Shown here piece by piece: positions 25,224 through 34,296 of a DNA stretch of 64,000 nt. The notes under the pieces are model-generated. The model saw only the letters and a list, made by a program, of their open reading frames with translations. It ran no database searches and was not told where the DNA came from. The stretch's first letter is position 1. The number at the start of each line of letters is the position of its first letter. The position numbers and the translations under genes are program-made. Source of the stretch: Vicinamibacterales bacterium (GTDB lineage: Bacteria; Acidobacteriota; Vicinamibacteria; Vicinamibacterales; UBA2999); assembly GCA_035711805.1 (NCBI GenBank), contig DASTBV010000055.1, forward strand, positions 380 through 64,379, given 5' to 3'.

Positions 25224-26810
25224 TTAATTCGCGGCAGCCCGGAAATTCTCCGCCGCGGAGCCATCCACCCGCAGCGCCGCCGCGCCAGGCACTGTCCGCC
25301 CGAGCAGAAACGCCCTGCGGCGGTCGAGGAACGACTTCAACGGGTTGTCTTCGGTCGAAGCCGCCATTGCGGCCTCAAACCCCTCCACGTCGTAGAGCTT
25401 GCGCGTGTCCAGCCGAACTTCCGGCCCGATGAGGTCGTGGGCCGACTTCAGCATCGGATACACCGTTTTCCAGTCGAGCCAGTGGGTCGCGATGTCGCGC
25501 ACGTAGCTCATGTACTTCGCGCGCAGCGCAGGAACGGCGAGCAGCTTCGCGCGCAGCGGCTTGCTCGGGTCGTTGGTGGCGACCAGTGGATCGAGCTGCG
25601 GGCCGCCGCCTCCGAACCCGAATCCGCCCCCGCCGCCTTCGCCACCGAGCCCCTCGTTCACGTCGTGCGGGATGACGTGAAATCGCCCGTCGGGGTCGCG
25701 ATAGAGGTTGTAATCGCTGGCGCGCGACCAGTATCCGTCGCTGTTGACCAGCGCCACCTCGATGGCGAGGAACTTCAGCGTGCCGTCGATGTCGAGGAGC
25801 GGGGCGAGGGCGGCCTCGAGCTTTTCAGCCGGGGTCTCGTTGAGCACTCTGGTGAGCTGCACCAGCGCCTTCCACGACTCGTCGTCGTCCTTGGTTTTGA
25901 TCTCGTAAATCTGCCTGTAGGCGGCGATGTTTTCTCCCAGATACTCGAGCCCGCCGCGTCCGCCGGGCCGGCCTGGCACTTTCCAACGTGCCCCCTTCGC
26001 GGTCTTGAAATCGTCCCGGAGCAGGTCGCCGTTGAACTGCTGCGTGTTGAGGTACACACCCCAGCTCCGACCGTTGATGACCACGCGCATGAAATTCATC
26101 CTCGGCGCCGGGATGTACGCGCGTGCAATTTGCGTGTAGAGAAACGCGCGCAGGAACGTGGGATCGTTGGTCGCGTTCAGCAGGTTGAACGTCCGGTAGC
26201 CGCCGAGATCCTGATCCTCGACGGTGAAATCGGTCGAGACATTCAGCGATCGTTTCAGGCCCGCGGGCACCATCATGAACGACGAGGCGCCGCGGAAGTG
26301 CACCCCGACGCCTTTGTACGTCCGACCGTCCACCGTCATCGTCGCCGGCACCTCGACGTCGGTGTTATTGAACGCCGCGAGCTCTTCTTCCCAGTCCTCG
26401 TGCTCGAACTGCAGGAACATCGTGCGCATCGTGCCGAGGTCGTAGATCGGCGTCGTTGGATACGGCCGGACGTCGGCCGGTGTCAGCGCCCGTCCGGGCG
26501 ATCCCTCCGCCGCGAATCGGAACCCGCGCATGAAGCCTCCGCGCGGCATGGTGCTCGAACGCGCCGCATCGCGTTCCTGCCGGTTCAGGCGGCCATCGCC
26601 GTCCTTGTCGTGCTGCGGGACGAGTTCCTGCTCTCGATTCGCTCCGCCGAAGCCTTGTCCGGGAAAGCCGGGAAAACCCTGTGCGGCCAGGACGCGTGGC
26701 GATATTCGACTCGGAGCCTCGGCACGATCCGCATGGCTCGACAACAATCCGAGCCGCCCGGCAACGATGACGGCGCCAACGAGAGCGATGACGGCGATCC
26801 GAACCTGCAT
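25224..26810 (-). CDS. cotH: CotH-family atypical kinase with signal peptide and EF-hand-like loop
   Basis: CotH-like core GVGVHFRGASS...RSLNVSTDF...FNLLNATNDPTFLRAFL...RVVINGRSWGVYLN. DKDGDGRLNRQE resembles an EF-hand loop. Confidence 0.8.
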   Translation of the reverse strand: MQVRIAVIALVGAVIVAGRLGLLSSHADRAEAPSRISPRVLAAQGFPGFPGQGFGGANREQELVPQHDKDGDGRLNRQERDAARSSTMPRGGFMRGFRFAAEGSPGRALTPADVRPYPTTPIYDLGTMRTMFLQFEHEDWEEELAAFNNTDVEVPATMTVDGRTYKGVGVHFRGASSFMMVPAGLKRSLNVSTDFTVEDQDLGGYRTFNLLNATNDPTFLRAFLYTQIARAYIPAPRMNFMRVVINGRSWGVYLNTQQFNGDLLRDDFKTAKGARWKVPGRPGGRGGLEYLGENIAAYRQIYEIKTKDDDESWKALVQLTRVLNETPAEKLEAALAPLLDIDGTLKFLAIEVALVNSDGYWSRASDYNLYRDPDGRFHVIPHDVNEGLGGEGGGGGFGFGGGGPQLDPLVATNDPSKPLRAKLLAVPALRAKYMSYVRDIATHWLDWKTVYPMLKSAHDLIGPEVRLDTRKLYDVEGFEAAMAASTEDNPLKSFLDRRRAFLLGRTVPGAAALRVDGSAAENFRAAAN

Positions 26811-26816
26811 GATGGC

Positions 26817-26879
26817 CTCAGTCTTCAGTTCTCAGTCTTCAGTTCTCAGTCTTCAGCTTTCAGTCTTCAGTTCTCAGTC
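26817..26879. repeat. heptamer tandem repeat (TCAGTYY) x9 filling the DUF4956-CotH spacer
   Basis: TCAGTCT TCAGTTC TCAGTCT TCAGTTC TCAGTCT TCAGCTT TCAGTCT TCAGTTC TCAGTCG. Confidence 0.9.
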
Positions 26880-27569
26880 GTCGTCGTCGTCGGTGATCCG
26901 CTTCAGGCTGACGCTTTGTACGCCTTCCGTCGTATTCAACGCGCGAAGCAGCGCGTCCGCGGCGGCCACGTCGCGAAGCGACGCCCGGAACGTCGCGTCG
27001 ACGGCGAGTCCCTGGCGCGCAGTGGCCAGCGACATCAGCCGTCGGTCGCTGACATGAAGATCCAGAGCCGGCCTGACGATGACCTGTGGATCATGACCGA
27101 TTCCGACCCTGACCTGAAGCTCGAAGGGCTCGGTTCCGGCTGGGGTGGCGATCTGCGCATCGCCCCGTTTCATTGCAAACGCGGCTATGGCCACCACGGC
27201 GATTCCCGCGACCGCCAGCCAGGGATACCCCGCGCCAACCGCCATGCCGACGCCGACCGCGAAGATCACGAACGCCGTGTCCTGGGTGTCGCGCACCACC
27301 GTGCGGAAGCGCACAATCGACAGCGCGCCCACCAGGCTGAACGCCCGCGCCACGTTGTCGCCGATCACCTGCGTGACCATGGCGATCAGTATGGACAGAA
27401 GGACCAGCGTGGCCGTGAACGACGGCGCGACCTCGGCCTTGGAACGGGTGAATCGGTAAACCAGCGCGGCGACGCCGCCGAGCAGGAGGGCGGCAAGGAG
27501 TCGTACCAGAACGACGAGCGGCGGTAGGGCTTCGAAATCGAGCAGCGACTCTCGAAAGAGGTCAGGCAT
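26874..27569 (-). CDS. DUF4956 membrane protein
   Basis: Motifs FSLVGALSIVRFRTVVRDTQDTAFVIFAVGVGMAVG, plus TM helices. Confidence 0.75.
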   Translation of the reverse strand: MPDLFRESLLDFEALPPLVVLVRLLAALLLGGVAALVYRFTRSKAEVAPSFTATLVLLSILIAMVTQVIGDNVARAFSLVGALSIVRFRTVVRDTQDTAFVIFAVGVGMAVGAGYPWLAVAGIAVVAIAAFAMKRGDAQIATPAGTEPFELQVRVGIGHDPQVIVRPALDLHVSDRRLMSLATARQGLAVDATFRASLRDVAAADALLRALNTTEGVQSVSLKRITDDDDD

Positions 27570-28284
27570 GAAGCGTGTACGGCGCGCCCTCCTCGGGAGC
27601 GAGCCGCGCGATGCCTAGAATATCCGCCGCCGTTCTGTATTTCGAGGTCCGCCCCGGTGCGAGCGCAAATTCGTCTGCCAGCTGGCGAAACACCGTCGGC
27701 ATCGCACCGCGGAATTTCAGCTCGAGGATCATGTAGCCGGTGAGAAAGGCCGCCGGCCCCGGGCCGTCGAGCGCGAACGTATCGGACGGCGAGGCCGTGA
27801 GCGAGTAATCCAGCGTCATGCGCATCCTGCCCTCCGGCGTCTCCGCGAGCCGGGCGGTGCGCAAATACGACACACGGCAGACCGGGTGAAGCTGCCGGAC
27901 CAACACGCGGCGGCGGAACCACTTGGTCTGCCCGTCGTTTCCCTCCGGCGTTTTCAGCAGTCCAAGCGCGTCGAGCGGGATGTCCGTACGGCGCTTCGCG
28001 AGCCGTGCCGACGTGCGGAGCTTGCGCTCGAGGAAGACCCGCGCTTCATCGCCGTACCGTCGCACGCGGTATTTGCTCCGTCCGTACGAGCCGCGGCGGT
28101 GGAAGACGTCGCGATCCGCCGTGTCGAGATACAGCGTCGAGACCCGGTATTCGTCCGCGTGCGGACCGGTGCCATGCGGGTCGGCGACGAGCCGTTCGCG
28201 TGCCCACTCGCGGATCTGAGTGCCGGTCGCTTCGTTTACCAGGAATTTGGTTTCGGCCGTATACCCGTTGTCGCCCACGCCCAT
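27562..28284 (-). CDS. VTC-domain (polyphosphate polymerase-like, CYTH-like fold) protein
   Basis: Motifs YRVSTLYLDT, KYRVRRYG and VFLERKLR. 8-nt overlap with the DUF4956 gene. Confidence 0.75.
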   Translation of the reverse strand: MGVGDNGYTAETKFLVNEATGTQIREWARERLVADPHGTGPHADEYRVSTLYLDTADRDVFHRRGSYGRSKYRVRRYGDEARVFLERKLRTSARLAKRRTDIPLDALGLLKTPEGNDGQTKWFRRRVLVRQLHPVCRVSYLRTARLAETPEGRMRMTLDYSLTASPSDTFALDGPGPAAFLTGYMILELKFRGAMPTVFRQLADEFALAPGRTSKYRTAADILGIARLAPEEGAPYTLHA

Positions 28285-28409
28285 GGATGTAACGTTAGCG
28301 TAACTCAGCTGCGACGCCCGCCTCCCGGAATTCCGCGACTTTTACATTTATTTGACACCGCCCGATTGCGGGACGATTCGCGGGGCGGATGAGAATCCCA
28401 GCTGAGGAG

Positions 28410-29432
28410 TCAGCCCGTCCGGGCCGGCTCCCAGCGAAGGCCCAGCGCAACGATTCGTTCGAGCAGGCGCTCGTACGACAGGCCGCTGACCTCGGCCGAC
28501 TCGGCGAAGTCTTCGCCGTAGGCGATGTTGGGGTTCGGATTTGCCTCGAGGACGAACATCCGCCCCTCGTCGTCCATACGGAAATCGACGCGGGCGTAGC
28601 CGTTCAGATCCAGCGCGCGGTACGTGCGCTTGGCGATGCGCTGCATCTGTTCGGCCAGGGCCGGGTCAAGGCGCGCACGGTCGGTCATGATTCCGTGCTT
28701 CTTCTGATACTGCGTGCTCCATTTCACCCGTTCGGTCGCGATCTTCCAGCGGTTGTCCGGCATCCTGTCGAACGACATCTCCCAGGCGGGGAAGGCCTCG
28801 AGCCGCTCGTTGCCGAGGACTCCAACGTAAATCTCGCGGCCGTCGACGAACTGCTCGACGATGGCTGCCGTGCCCAGCTTTTCGTGGATGAAGCTCACGC
28901 GGCGCGCGAGCTGGTCGTGATTCTCGACGACGGACGCCTGCGAGATGCCGGCGGACGCCTCGAAGAACAGCGATTTGACGATCATCGGGAACGCGAGGCG
29001 CTTCGGCAGCACCGGCTTGCGCCCCGGGCGCACAACCACGAACTCGGGGACCCGAATACGGTGGTAGGCGAGCAGCTTCTTCGACAGCGCCTTGTCGCGC
29101 GCCAGCACGAGCCCGCGCGGATTACATCCCGTGTACGGCAGCCGCAGCAGTTCGAGGTAACTGACGACATTCTGATCGAAGGTCGTCACTCCGGCGAATG
29201 CCTCCATCAGGTTGACGACGATATGCGGCTTGAAGTCCTCCGCGCTGGGACGGATGCCGCTCAGGTCGTCGTGGATGCCGAGCACCTGCACGGTGTGCCC
29301 CCGCTCGCGGAGAGTTTCGATGACGTCGTACTCCATCTTCCACTCCGCCTCGAGAATATCGATGCCGGTCGTATCCTCCGGCGGCACGAGATGGTCGTGG
29401 ACGAGTGCGAGGATGCGGACTTTCTTAGGCAT
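28410..29432 (-). CDS. ATP-grasp enzyme, D-alanine--D-alanine ligase-like family
   Basis: Trimmed to the ATG at 29432. Motifs KVRILALVH, ARDKALSKKLL, MIVKSLFFEASAGI and LEANPNPNI. Confidence 0.75.
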   Translation of the reverse strand: MPKKVRILALVHDHLVPPEDTTGIDILEAEWKMEYDVIETLRERGHTVQVLGIHDDLSGIRPSAEDFKPHIVVNLMEAFAGVTTFDQNVVSYLELLRLPYTGCNPRGLVLARDKALSKKLLAYHRIRVPEFVVVRPGRKPVLPKRLAFPMIVKSLFFEASAGISQASVVENHDQLARRVSFIHEKLGTAAIVEQFVDGREIYVGVLGNERLEAFPAWEMSFDRMPDNRWKIATERVKWSTQYQKKHGIMTDRARLDPALAEQMQRIAKRTYRALDLNGYARVDFRMDDEGRMFVLEANPNPNIAYGEDFAESAEVSGLSYERLLERIVALGLRWEPARTG

Positions 29433-29440
29433 GCGATCAC

Positions 29441-29500
29441 GACACACCGACGCACTGAGGCACTGAGATCAACAGGAGCCTCGGTGCCTCAGTGTGTCGC
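29441..29500. repeat. imperfect hairpin (CACTGAGGCAC / GTGCCTCAGTG)
   Basis: GACACACCGACGCACTGAGGCAC pairs with GTGCCTCAGTGTGTCGC. It lies between co-directional genes. Confidence 0.7.
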
Positions 29501-29509
29501 ATCATGAAT

Positions 29510-30559
29510 CTAAAGCAACAGCCGGTGCCCGCCGCTGTGCAGGTAGTTCATGACCTGCACGGTGAGCAGCACCGTGAACTCGTGGCGTGCCTGTTCCTCG
29601 GAGCCGCGCAGGCGCAGCTTCAGCTCGCGGCAGCGCGCGATCATGTCTTCGAGAACCTGGTCGATCGTGTACTGGTAAATTCCCGTCCAGCTGGCGACGA
29701 CGCGGCGGACCGGGCGGCGGATGCGGGCGATGAACTGTGCCGCGGTGATGTTGGTGGCGTGCTCGGGCGCATCCGAGAAGATGCGCCGGAGATCGCGATC
29801 GTAGAAGTTCGGGTGATCCACGCCGTAGTGGCGGCGCTTGTTCCGGTAATGCTGCCGCAGCGTTGTCGTCGCATCGCGCAGCGCTTCGATCTCAGCCGGG
29901 TTGTCCACCCGCGGTGCCTGGCCACTGAGCGAGCGCATCAGCGCATCCATGTATTCGAGCTTCCGCAGCGCCTTCCACCCTTTGTAGCGCTGGGCCCATT
30001 CGCTGTTTGGCGTCAGCCACACGGCAAACGTCTCGGCGAAGTCTTCGTCCGGGTGGCTCTGCGCGTACCAGGCGTCGAGGTGCAGGACGAAGCTCTTGCT
30101 GTACGGCTTCGGCGTATAGAACTCGGGGTACGCGCGCGATGGCAGGCCGAAGATCTCGCGGCGCGCGCGGCGCAACCGCAGCTTGTAGGCGTTGTCGATG
30201 GCGTGGGCCGCTTCGTGGCGCAGGATGCGCATGCACCACTCGTGCTCACCCCCTTCGACTTCGAACATCTGCGCCTCCTCCAGCCGCTGCAGCCGGGGAT
30301 GCGCCAGGTAGAAGGGGATGGCGATGGCCGTGGCGCCATCCGGCGTGAACCACTCCTCGGCGATGTAGAAGTGCAGCGGGAAGCGAAGGCCACGGTCGTC
30401 GAGCTCGGCGCGAAGCTGAGCGATACGGTCGGCCAGCGCACCTTCGATCGTCAGCGGCAAATCGGCCATCCGGAGATCGAGCAGTTCTTCGTCGCCGAGT
30501 TCGGCCCAATCCTCTCGTAACGGACGTCGCGCCATCGTATCGTGTAGTGCGGGGGGCAC
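29510..30559 (-). CDS. putative zinc metallopeptidase (HExxH)
   Basis: Motifs ILRHEAAHAIDN and HPDEDFAETFAVWL. Confidence 0.7.
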   Translation of the reverse strand: MPPALHDTMARRPLREDWAELGDEELLDLRMADLPLTIEGALADRIAQLRAELDDRGLRFPLHFYIAEEWFTPDGATAIAIPFYLAHPRLQRLEEAQMFEVEGGEHEWCMRILRHEAAHAIDNAYKLRLRRARREIFGLPSRAYPEFYTPKPYSKSFVLHLDAWYAQSHPDEDFAETFAVWLTPNSEWAQRYKGWKALRKLEYMDALMRSLSGQAPRVDNPAEIEALRDATTTLRQHYRNKRRHYGVDHPNFYDRDLRRIFSDAPEHATNITAAQFIARIRRPVRRVVASWTGIYQYTIDQVLEDMIARCRELKLRLRGSEEQARHEFTVLLTVQVMNYLHSGGHRLLL

Positions 30560-30620
30560 CTCTTCCAGGGTGCCGCCCGTATAGGGTACAGGTAATAGGT
30601 CTCAGGGGGTTCAAGCGGCT

Positions 30621-32498
30621 ATGTCACACGTTCGCATCGGGTTGGCGGTTGTCGTGGCCGCGGTGACGTGCATGTCTGTGCTGACAATCGGGCAGGAACG
30701 CGACCGCGCCAAGGTCGCCGACGAATACAAGTGGAACCTCGCCGACATCTATCCGGATGCGGCCGCCTGGCGGACACAGAAGGAAACCGTGACCGCCCAG
30801 ATTCCCAAGCTGCGTGAATTCCGCGGCAAGCTGGGATCGTCGCCGCAGTCGCTCGCGTCGGCGCTGGAAATGGCGACGCGGCTCAACAAGGAGCTGACGC
30901 GCCTGTACGTGTACGCCAGCATGCTGGCCGACACCGACACGCGGGTCTCCGAACCGCAGGGCATGCAGCAGGAGATGCAGCAGATCTATGCCCAGTTCGG
31001 GGCCGAGGCGTCGTTCATCGAGCCCGAAGTCCTGAAAGTGGGCACGGCGACGATTGAGAAGTTCATCGGCGCCGAGCCGCGGCTGAAGACCTACACCTTC
31101 TATCTGCGCGACATCGTCCGCCGGGCGCCCCACACGCTCACCGACGCGGAGGAGAAGCTGCTCGCGGACGCGGCGCCGCTGGCCGGCTCCGCCTCGAACA
31201 TCTACGGGATCCTGACCAACGCGGATTTCCCGTACCCGACGATCACGATCAGCGACGGCCGCATGGTGAAGGTCGATCAGGCTGGCTACAGCGAGCTGCG
31301 CACGTCGAAGAACCGCGCCGACCGCAAGGCGGCGATGTCGTCGTTCTTCGGCTCGCTGGGCGGATTCAGCCGCACGTTCGGCACGACGATCAATTCGGAA
31401 GTCCAGAAGGTGCTGTTCTACGCCAGGGCGCGGAAGTACGCGTCGAACCTGGAAGCGTCGCTCGATCCCGCGAATATCCCCGTCACCGTGTACACGCGCC
31501 TCGTGGCCGGCGTGAACCGCCACCTGCCGACGTTCCACCGCTACCTCAAGCTGCGCAAGCGGATGATGGAGATCTCCGACGATCTCCACTACTACGATCT
31601 GTATGCGCCGCTCGTCTCGTCCGTCGATCTCCGCTACAGCCCCGAGGAAGCGCAGAAGCACGTTCTCGCCGCGTTCGCCCCCCTCGGCAGCGACTACCAG
31701 GCCGTCGTCCACCGCGCGTTCAAGGAGCGGTGGCTCGACTGGCACCCGACCGAAGGCAAGCGGTCGGGTGCATACTCGAACGGCGGCGCCTACGACGTGC
31801 ATCCGTACATGCTGCTCAATTACCTCGGGCAGTACAACGACGTCAGCACGCTGGCCCATGAACTCGGCCACACGATGCACAGCTACTACTCGAACAAGAC
31901 GCAGCCGTTCCAGACCGCCGACTACGCCACGTTCGTGGCCGAGGTGGCGTCGACGTTCAACGAAGCGCTGCTCATCGACCACATGCTGAAGCAGATCAAG
32001 GACACGCCGACGCGGCTGTCGCTGCTCGGCAACTACCTGGAGAACATCAAGGCAACGGTCTTCCGCCAGACCCAGTTCGCCGAGTTCGAGCTGCGGATGC
32101 ACGAGATGGCGGAGAAGCGGCAGCCGATCACCGGCGACGCGCTGGCGAAGCTGTATCTCGACATCACCCGCCGCTACTACGGGCACGATCAGAACGTGAC
32201 CGTCGTTGACGACTACATCGCGCACGAGTGGAGCTTCGTGCCGCACTTCTACCGTGACTTCTACGTCTTCCAGTACGCCACGTCGTTCACCGCCGCGGAA
32301 GCGCTGTCGGCGAAGGTGCTGAGCGGAGACAGGGAAGCGACGAAGCGCTACCTGACGTTCCTGGGCGCCGGCGGCTCGGACTATCCGGTGGAGCTGCTGA
32401 AGAAGGCGGGTGTCGACATGACGACCGACGAGCCGCTCGACCTGACCATCCGCAAGATGAACGCCGTGATGGACGAGATGGAGAAGCTGCTGCGGTGA
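30621..32498 (+). CDS. pepF: oligoendopeptidase F (M3B) with signal peptide
   Basis: Motif HELGHTMHSYY. Length and overall pattern fit M3B. Confidence 0.85.
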   Translation: MSHVRIGLAVVVAAVTCMSVLTIGQERDRAKVADEYKWNLADIYPDAAAWRTQKETVTAQIPKLREFRGKLGSSPQSLASALEMATRLNKELTRLYVYASMLADTDTRVSEPQGMQQEMQQIYAQFGAEASFIEPEVLKVGTATIEKFIGAEPRLKTYTFYLRDIVRRAPHTLTDAEEKLLADAAPLAGSASNIYGILTNADFPYPTITISDGRMVKVDQAGYSELRTSKNRADRKAAMSSFFGSLGGFSRTFGTTINSEVQKVLFYARARKYASNLEASLDPANIPVTVYTRLVAGVNRHLPTFHRYLKLRKRMMEISDDLHYYDLYAPLVSSVDLRYSPEEAQKHVLAAFAPLGSDYQAVVHRAFKERWLDWHPTEGKRSGAYSNGGAYDVHPYMLLNYLGQYNDVSTLAHELGHTMHSYYSNKTQPFQTADYATFVAEVASTFNEALLIDHMLKQIKDTPTRLSLLGNYLENIKATVFRQTQFAEFELRMHEMAEKRQPITGDALAKLYLDITRRYYGHDQNVTVVDDYIAHEWSFVPHFYRDFYVFQYATSFTAAEALSAKVLSGDREATKRYLTFLGAGGSDYPVELLKKAGVDMTTDEPLDLTIRKMNAVMDEMEKLLR

Positions 32499-32504
32499 TC
32501 GATT

Positions 32505-32571
32505 TCGTGGCCACTGAGGCACGAAAACACGACGGCTGACCAGTGTTCTCCGTGCCTTCGTGTCTCCGTGG
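32505..32571. terminator. imperfect hairpin between convergent genes; right arm shared with 34264-34291
   Basis: GCCACTGAGGCACGAAAACACGACGG pairs with CCGTGCCTTCGTGTCTCCGTGGC. Confidence 0.6.
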
Positions 32572-33738
32572 CTAAGAAGTGCAGCGCGCGTCTGCGATCT
32601 GGCGAACGCGGTCGCGGAACGCGGCGGTCCACGCCTTCAAGTCGCGCTCGTCGGCCGTGCCTGCCTGAAACTGCGGAAAGCGGGCGTCGGCAAACAGGCG
32701 TTCGATCTGCTGCACGGTGATCGCGCCGAGGCGCTCGGCGGCCAGCATCCGCCCCGACTCGGACACGCGCACGTCCTCGAAGGTGGCGCCCTCGAATGGC
32801 AGCGCGCGCATGCTGAGCGTGCACCTCGTGCGGTCGTGCCACACCGGCAGATCGCGCCACCGTGCCAGGTTCACCTTCGGCGGTCCGAACGAGGCGCCGA
32901 GGTCCTGGATCATCGCCAGCGGCTGCTGGCATCCGCCGTCGCCCGCCTCCGCCGGGGCCTGATCCAGGCACACCAGCCGCTGGTTCTGGCTCTTGTTGTC
33001 CCAGTGCGCCAGGAAGACCGCCAGGAGCCGGAACGCGTCGACCTCCGCGCGCGGCGCGTCAACCTGGTCGAGTTCCCTCCAATCCCAGCCGACGACGACG
33101 TCGGTCTCGATCGACGGCGCCGGAAAGCGCTGCTCGACCGATACCCACTCGAAGTCGGTAAAGCCCTCCGGAATCTCTGCGAAGAGCAGCGGCATCAAGA
33201 ACGTCCGCCGCAGGTGAGCGGCCACGAAGGGGTGCCGGGGGCAGCCGTAGCACCGAAGGCGCGGGACAATCGTGACGGTGTCGGCCGCGTATCCGAGCAT
33301 CCGCAGCAGCGCAGTCGCCGCCGCTTCGCCGTGGATTTCCGCATCGCGCCCGTACTTCACCTTCACCGTGGGGCCGTTCGCGAACACGCAGTCGAACTTC
33401 GGCGTCGTCCCCGATGGCTCCGACGGAACGAATCGGCAGGAGGGCACCGGGCGCCGCAGCGGATGGGGCAGGCGAGTGGAAGGTGAAGAAGCGTGCAGCG
33501 ACTGAACGTCCGCCGGGACGATGAAGGTGGCACGGCGCAGCGCGTCGGCCCGGCGGGACTTGCCGGCGGCGCCTGTGAGCACGATGGCTGGCGCGTCGCG
33601 TTCGTGGAAATCGCCGCGCGGCGGAATCGTCGCGTAGTCCGCGGCAGCGAGCCACGTCGAAATGCCGATCGCGGAGACCAGGAGAGCCGTCACCAGCAGC
33701 AGGCCTGGGCGCACGCCTTTGACGTCAGCAAATAGCAA
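32572..33738 (-). CDS. secreted protein with protein-kinase-like motifs (paralogue of 6152..7237)
   Basis: Motifs KVKYG, EAAATALLRMLGY, LLAVFLAHWDNKSQNQ (HxDxKxxN) and MIQDLGASFG. N-terminal hydrophobic anchor. Confidence 0.7.
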   Translation of the reverse strand: MLFADVKGVRPGLLLVTALLVSAIGISTWLAAADYATIPPRGDFHERDAPAIVLTGAAGKSRRADALRRATFIVPADVQSLHASSPSTRLPHPLRRPVPSCRFVPSEPSGTTPKFDCVFANGPTVKVKYGRDAEIHGEAAATALLRMLGYAADTVTIVPRLRCYGCPRHPFVAAHLRRTFLMPLLFAEIPEGFTDFEWVSVEQRFPAPSIETDVVVGWDWRELDQVDAPRAEVDAFRLLAVFLAHWDNKSQNQRLVCLDQAPAEAGDGGCQQPLAMIQDLGASFGPPKVNLARWRDLPVWHDRTRCTLSMRALPFEGATFEDVRVSESGRMLAAERLGAITVQQIERLFADARFPQFQAGTADERDLKAWTAAFRDRVRQIADARCTS

Positions 33739-33828
33739 GCCGGACGGGCGGCGGTCCTCCGGCTAAGCTGGCCCACCGCAGCGGGACAGGTGAGCCCGGC
33801 CATATCGCCGTCCTTTTTTCCGGCCGAT

Positions 33829-34212
33829 ATGCGAATTGTGCGCGACACGTCGGGAACGGTTCTGCTTCTCGAAGACGAAGCCAACCTGCGCGAGCCGCTG
33901 GCTCACCTTCTTCGCCTCCGCCGCTACACCGTCATCGAAGTCGATACGGTTGACGCCGCGCTGGCGGCGATTCGCACCGAGCGGCCCGACGCCGCCATCG
34001 TCGATCTCCACGTCAAGGACCAGTCCGGACGCGACGTCATCGTGCGCATGCCGTCGCGGGCGCCGGTGATTATCTTTTCGGGGATGGGCGGGGCCGCCGG
34101 CGATTTGGCGCGCCTCCGGCCGCGAACGCGTCTGGTGGAAAAGCCGGCGTCGCTGACGTGGGTGATCGATTCGCTCGACGAGATGCTTCAGAGGACGCGC
34201 GAGTTCGCCTGA
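33829..34212 (+). CDS. single-domain response regulator (receiver only)
   Basis: Receiver residues in LLLEDE, AAIVDLHV, IIFSG and VEKP. GTG at 33790 is an alternative start. Confidence 0.75.
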   Translation: MRIVRDTSGTVLLLEDEANLREPLAHLLRLRRYTVIEVDTVDAALAAIRTERPDAAIVDLHVKDQSGRDVIVRMPSRAPVIIFSGMGGAAGDLARLRPRTRLVEKPASLTWVIDSLDEMLQRTREFA

Positions 34213-34215
34213 GCA

Positions 34216-34291
34216 CGGGCCACGGAGTCACAGGGACACGGAGACGTTCTTCTCTCCGTGCCTTTGTGTCTCCGTGGCTACGCATCACCTA
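34216..34291. terminator. about 26-bp imperfect hairpin between convergent genes
   Basis: GCCACGGAGTCACAGGGACACGGAGA, loop cgttctt, then CTCTCCGTGCCTTTGTGTCTCCGTGGC. Confidence 0.65.
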
Positions 34292-34296
34292 GGTAG

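Noticed and set aside
23849-27527. 527-aa and 696-aa plus-strand ORFs (23849..25432, 25437..27527)
   Set aside because: They are antisense to the CxxCH protein, CotH and DUF4956 genes, and their composition is Arg-rich.
30624-32522. 632-aa minus-strand ORF
   Set aside because: It is an exact antisense shadow of pepF, which has the HELGH motif.
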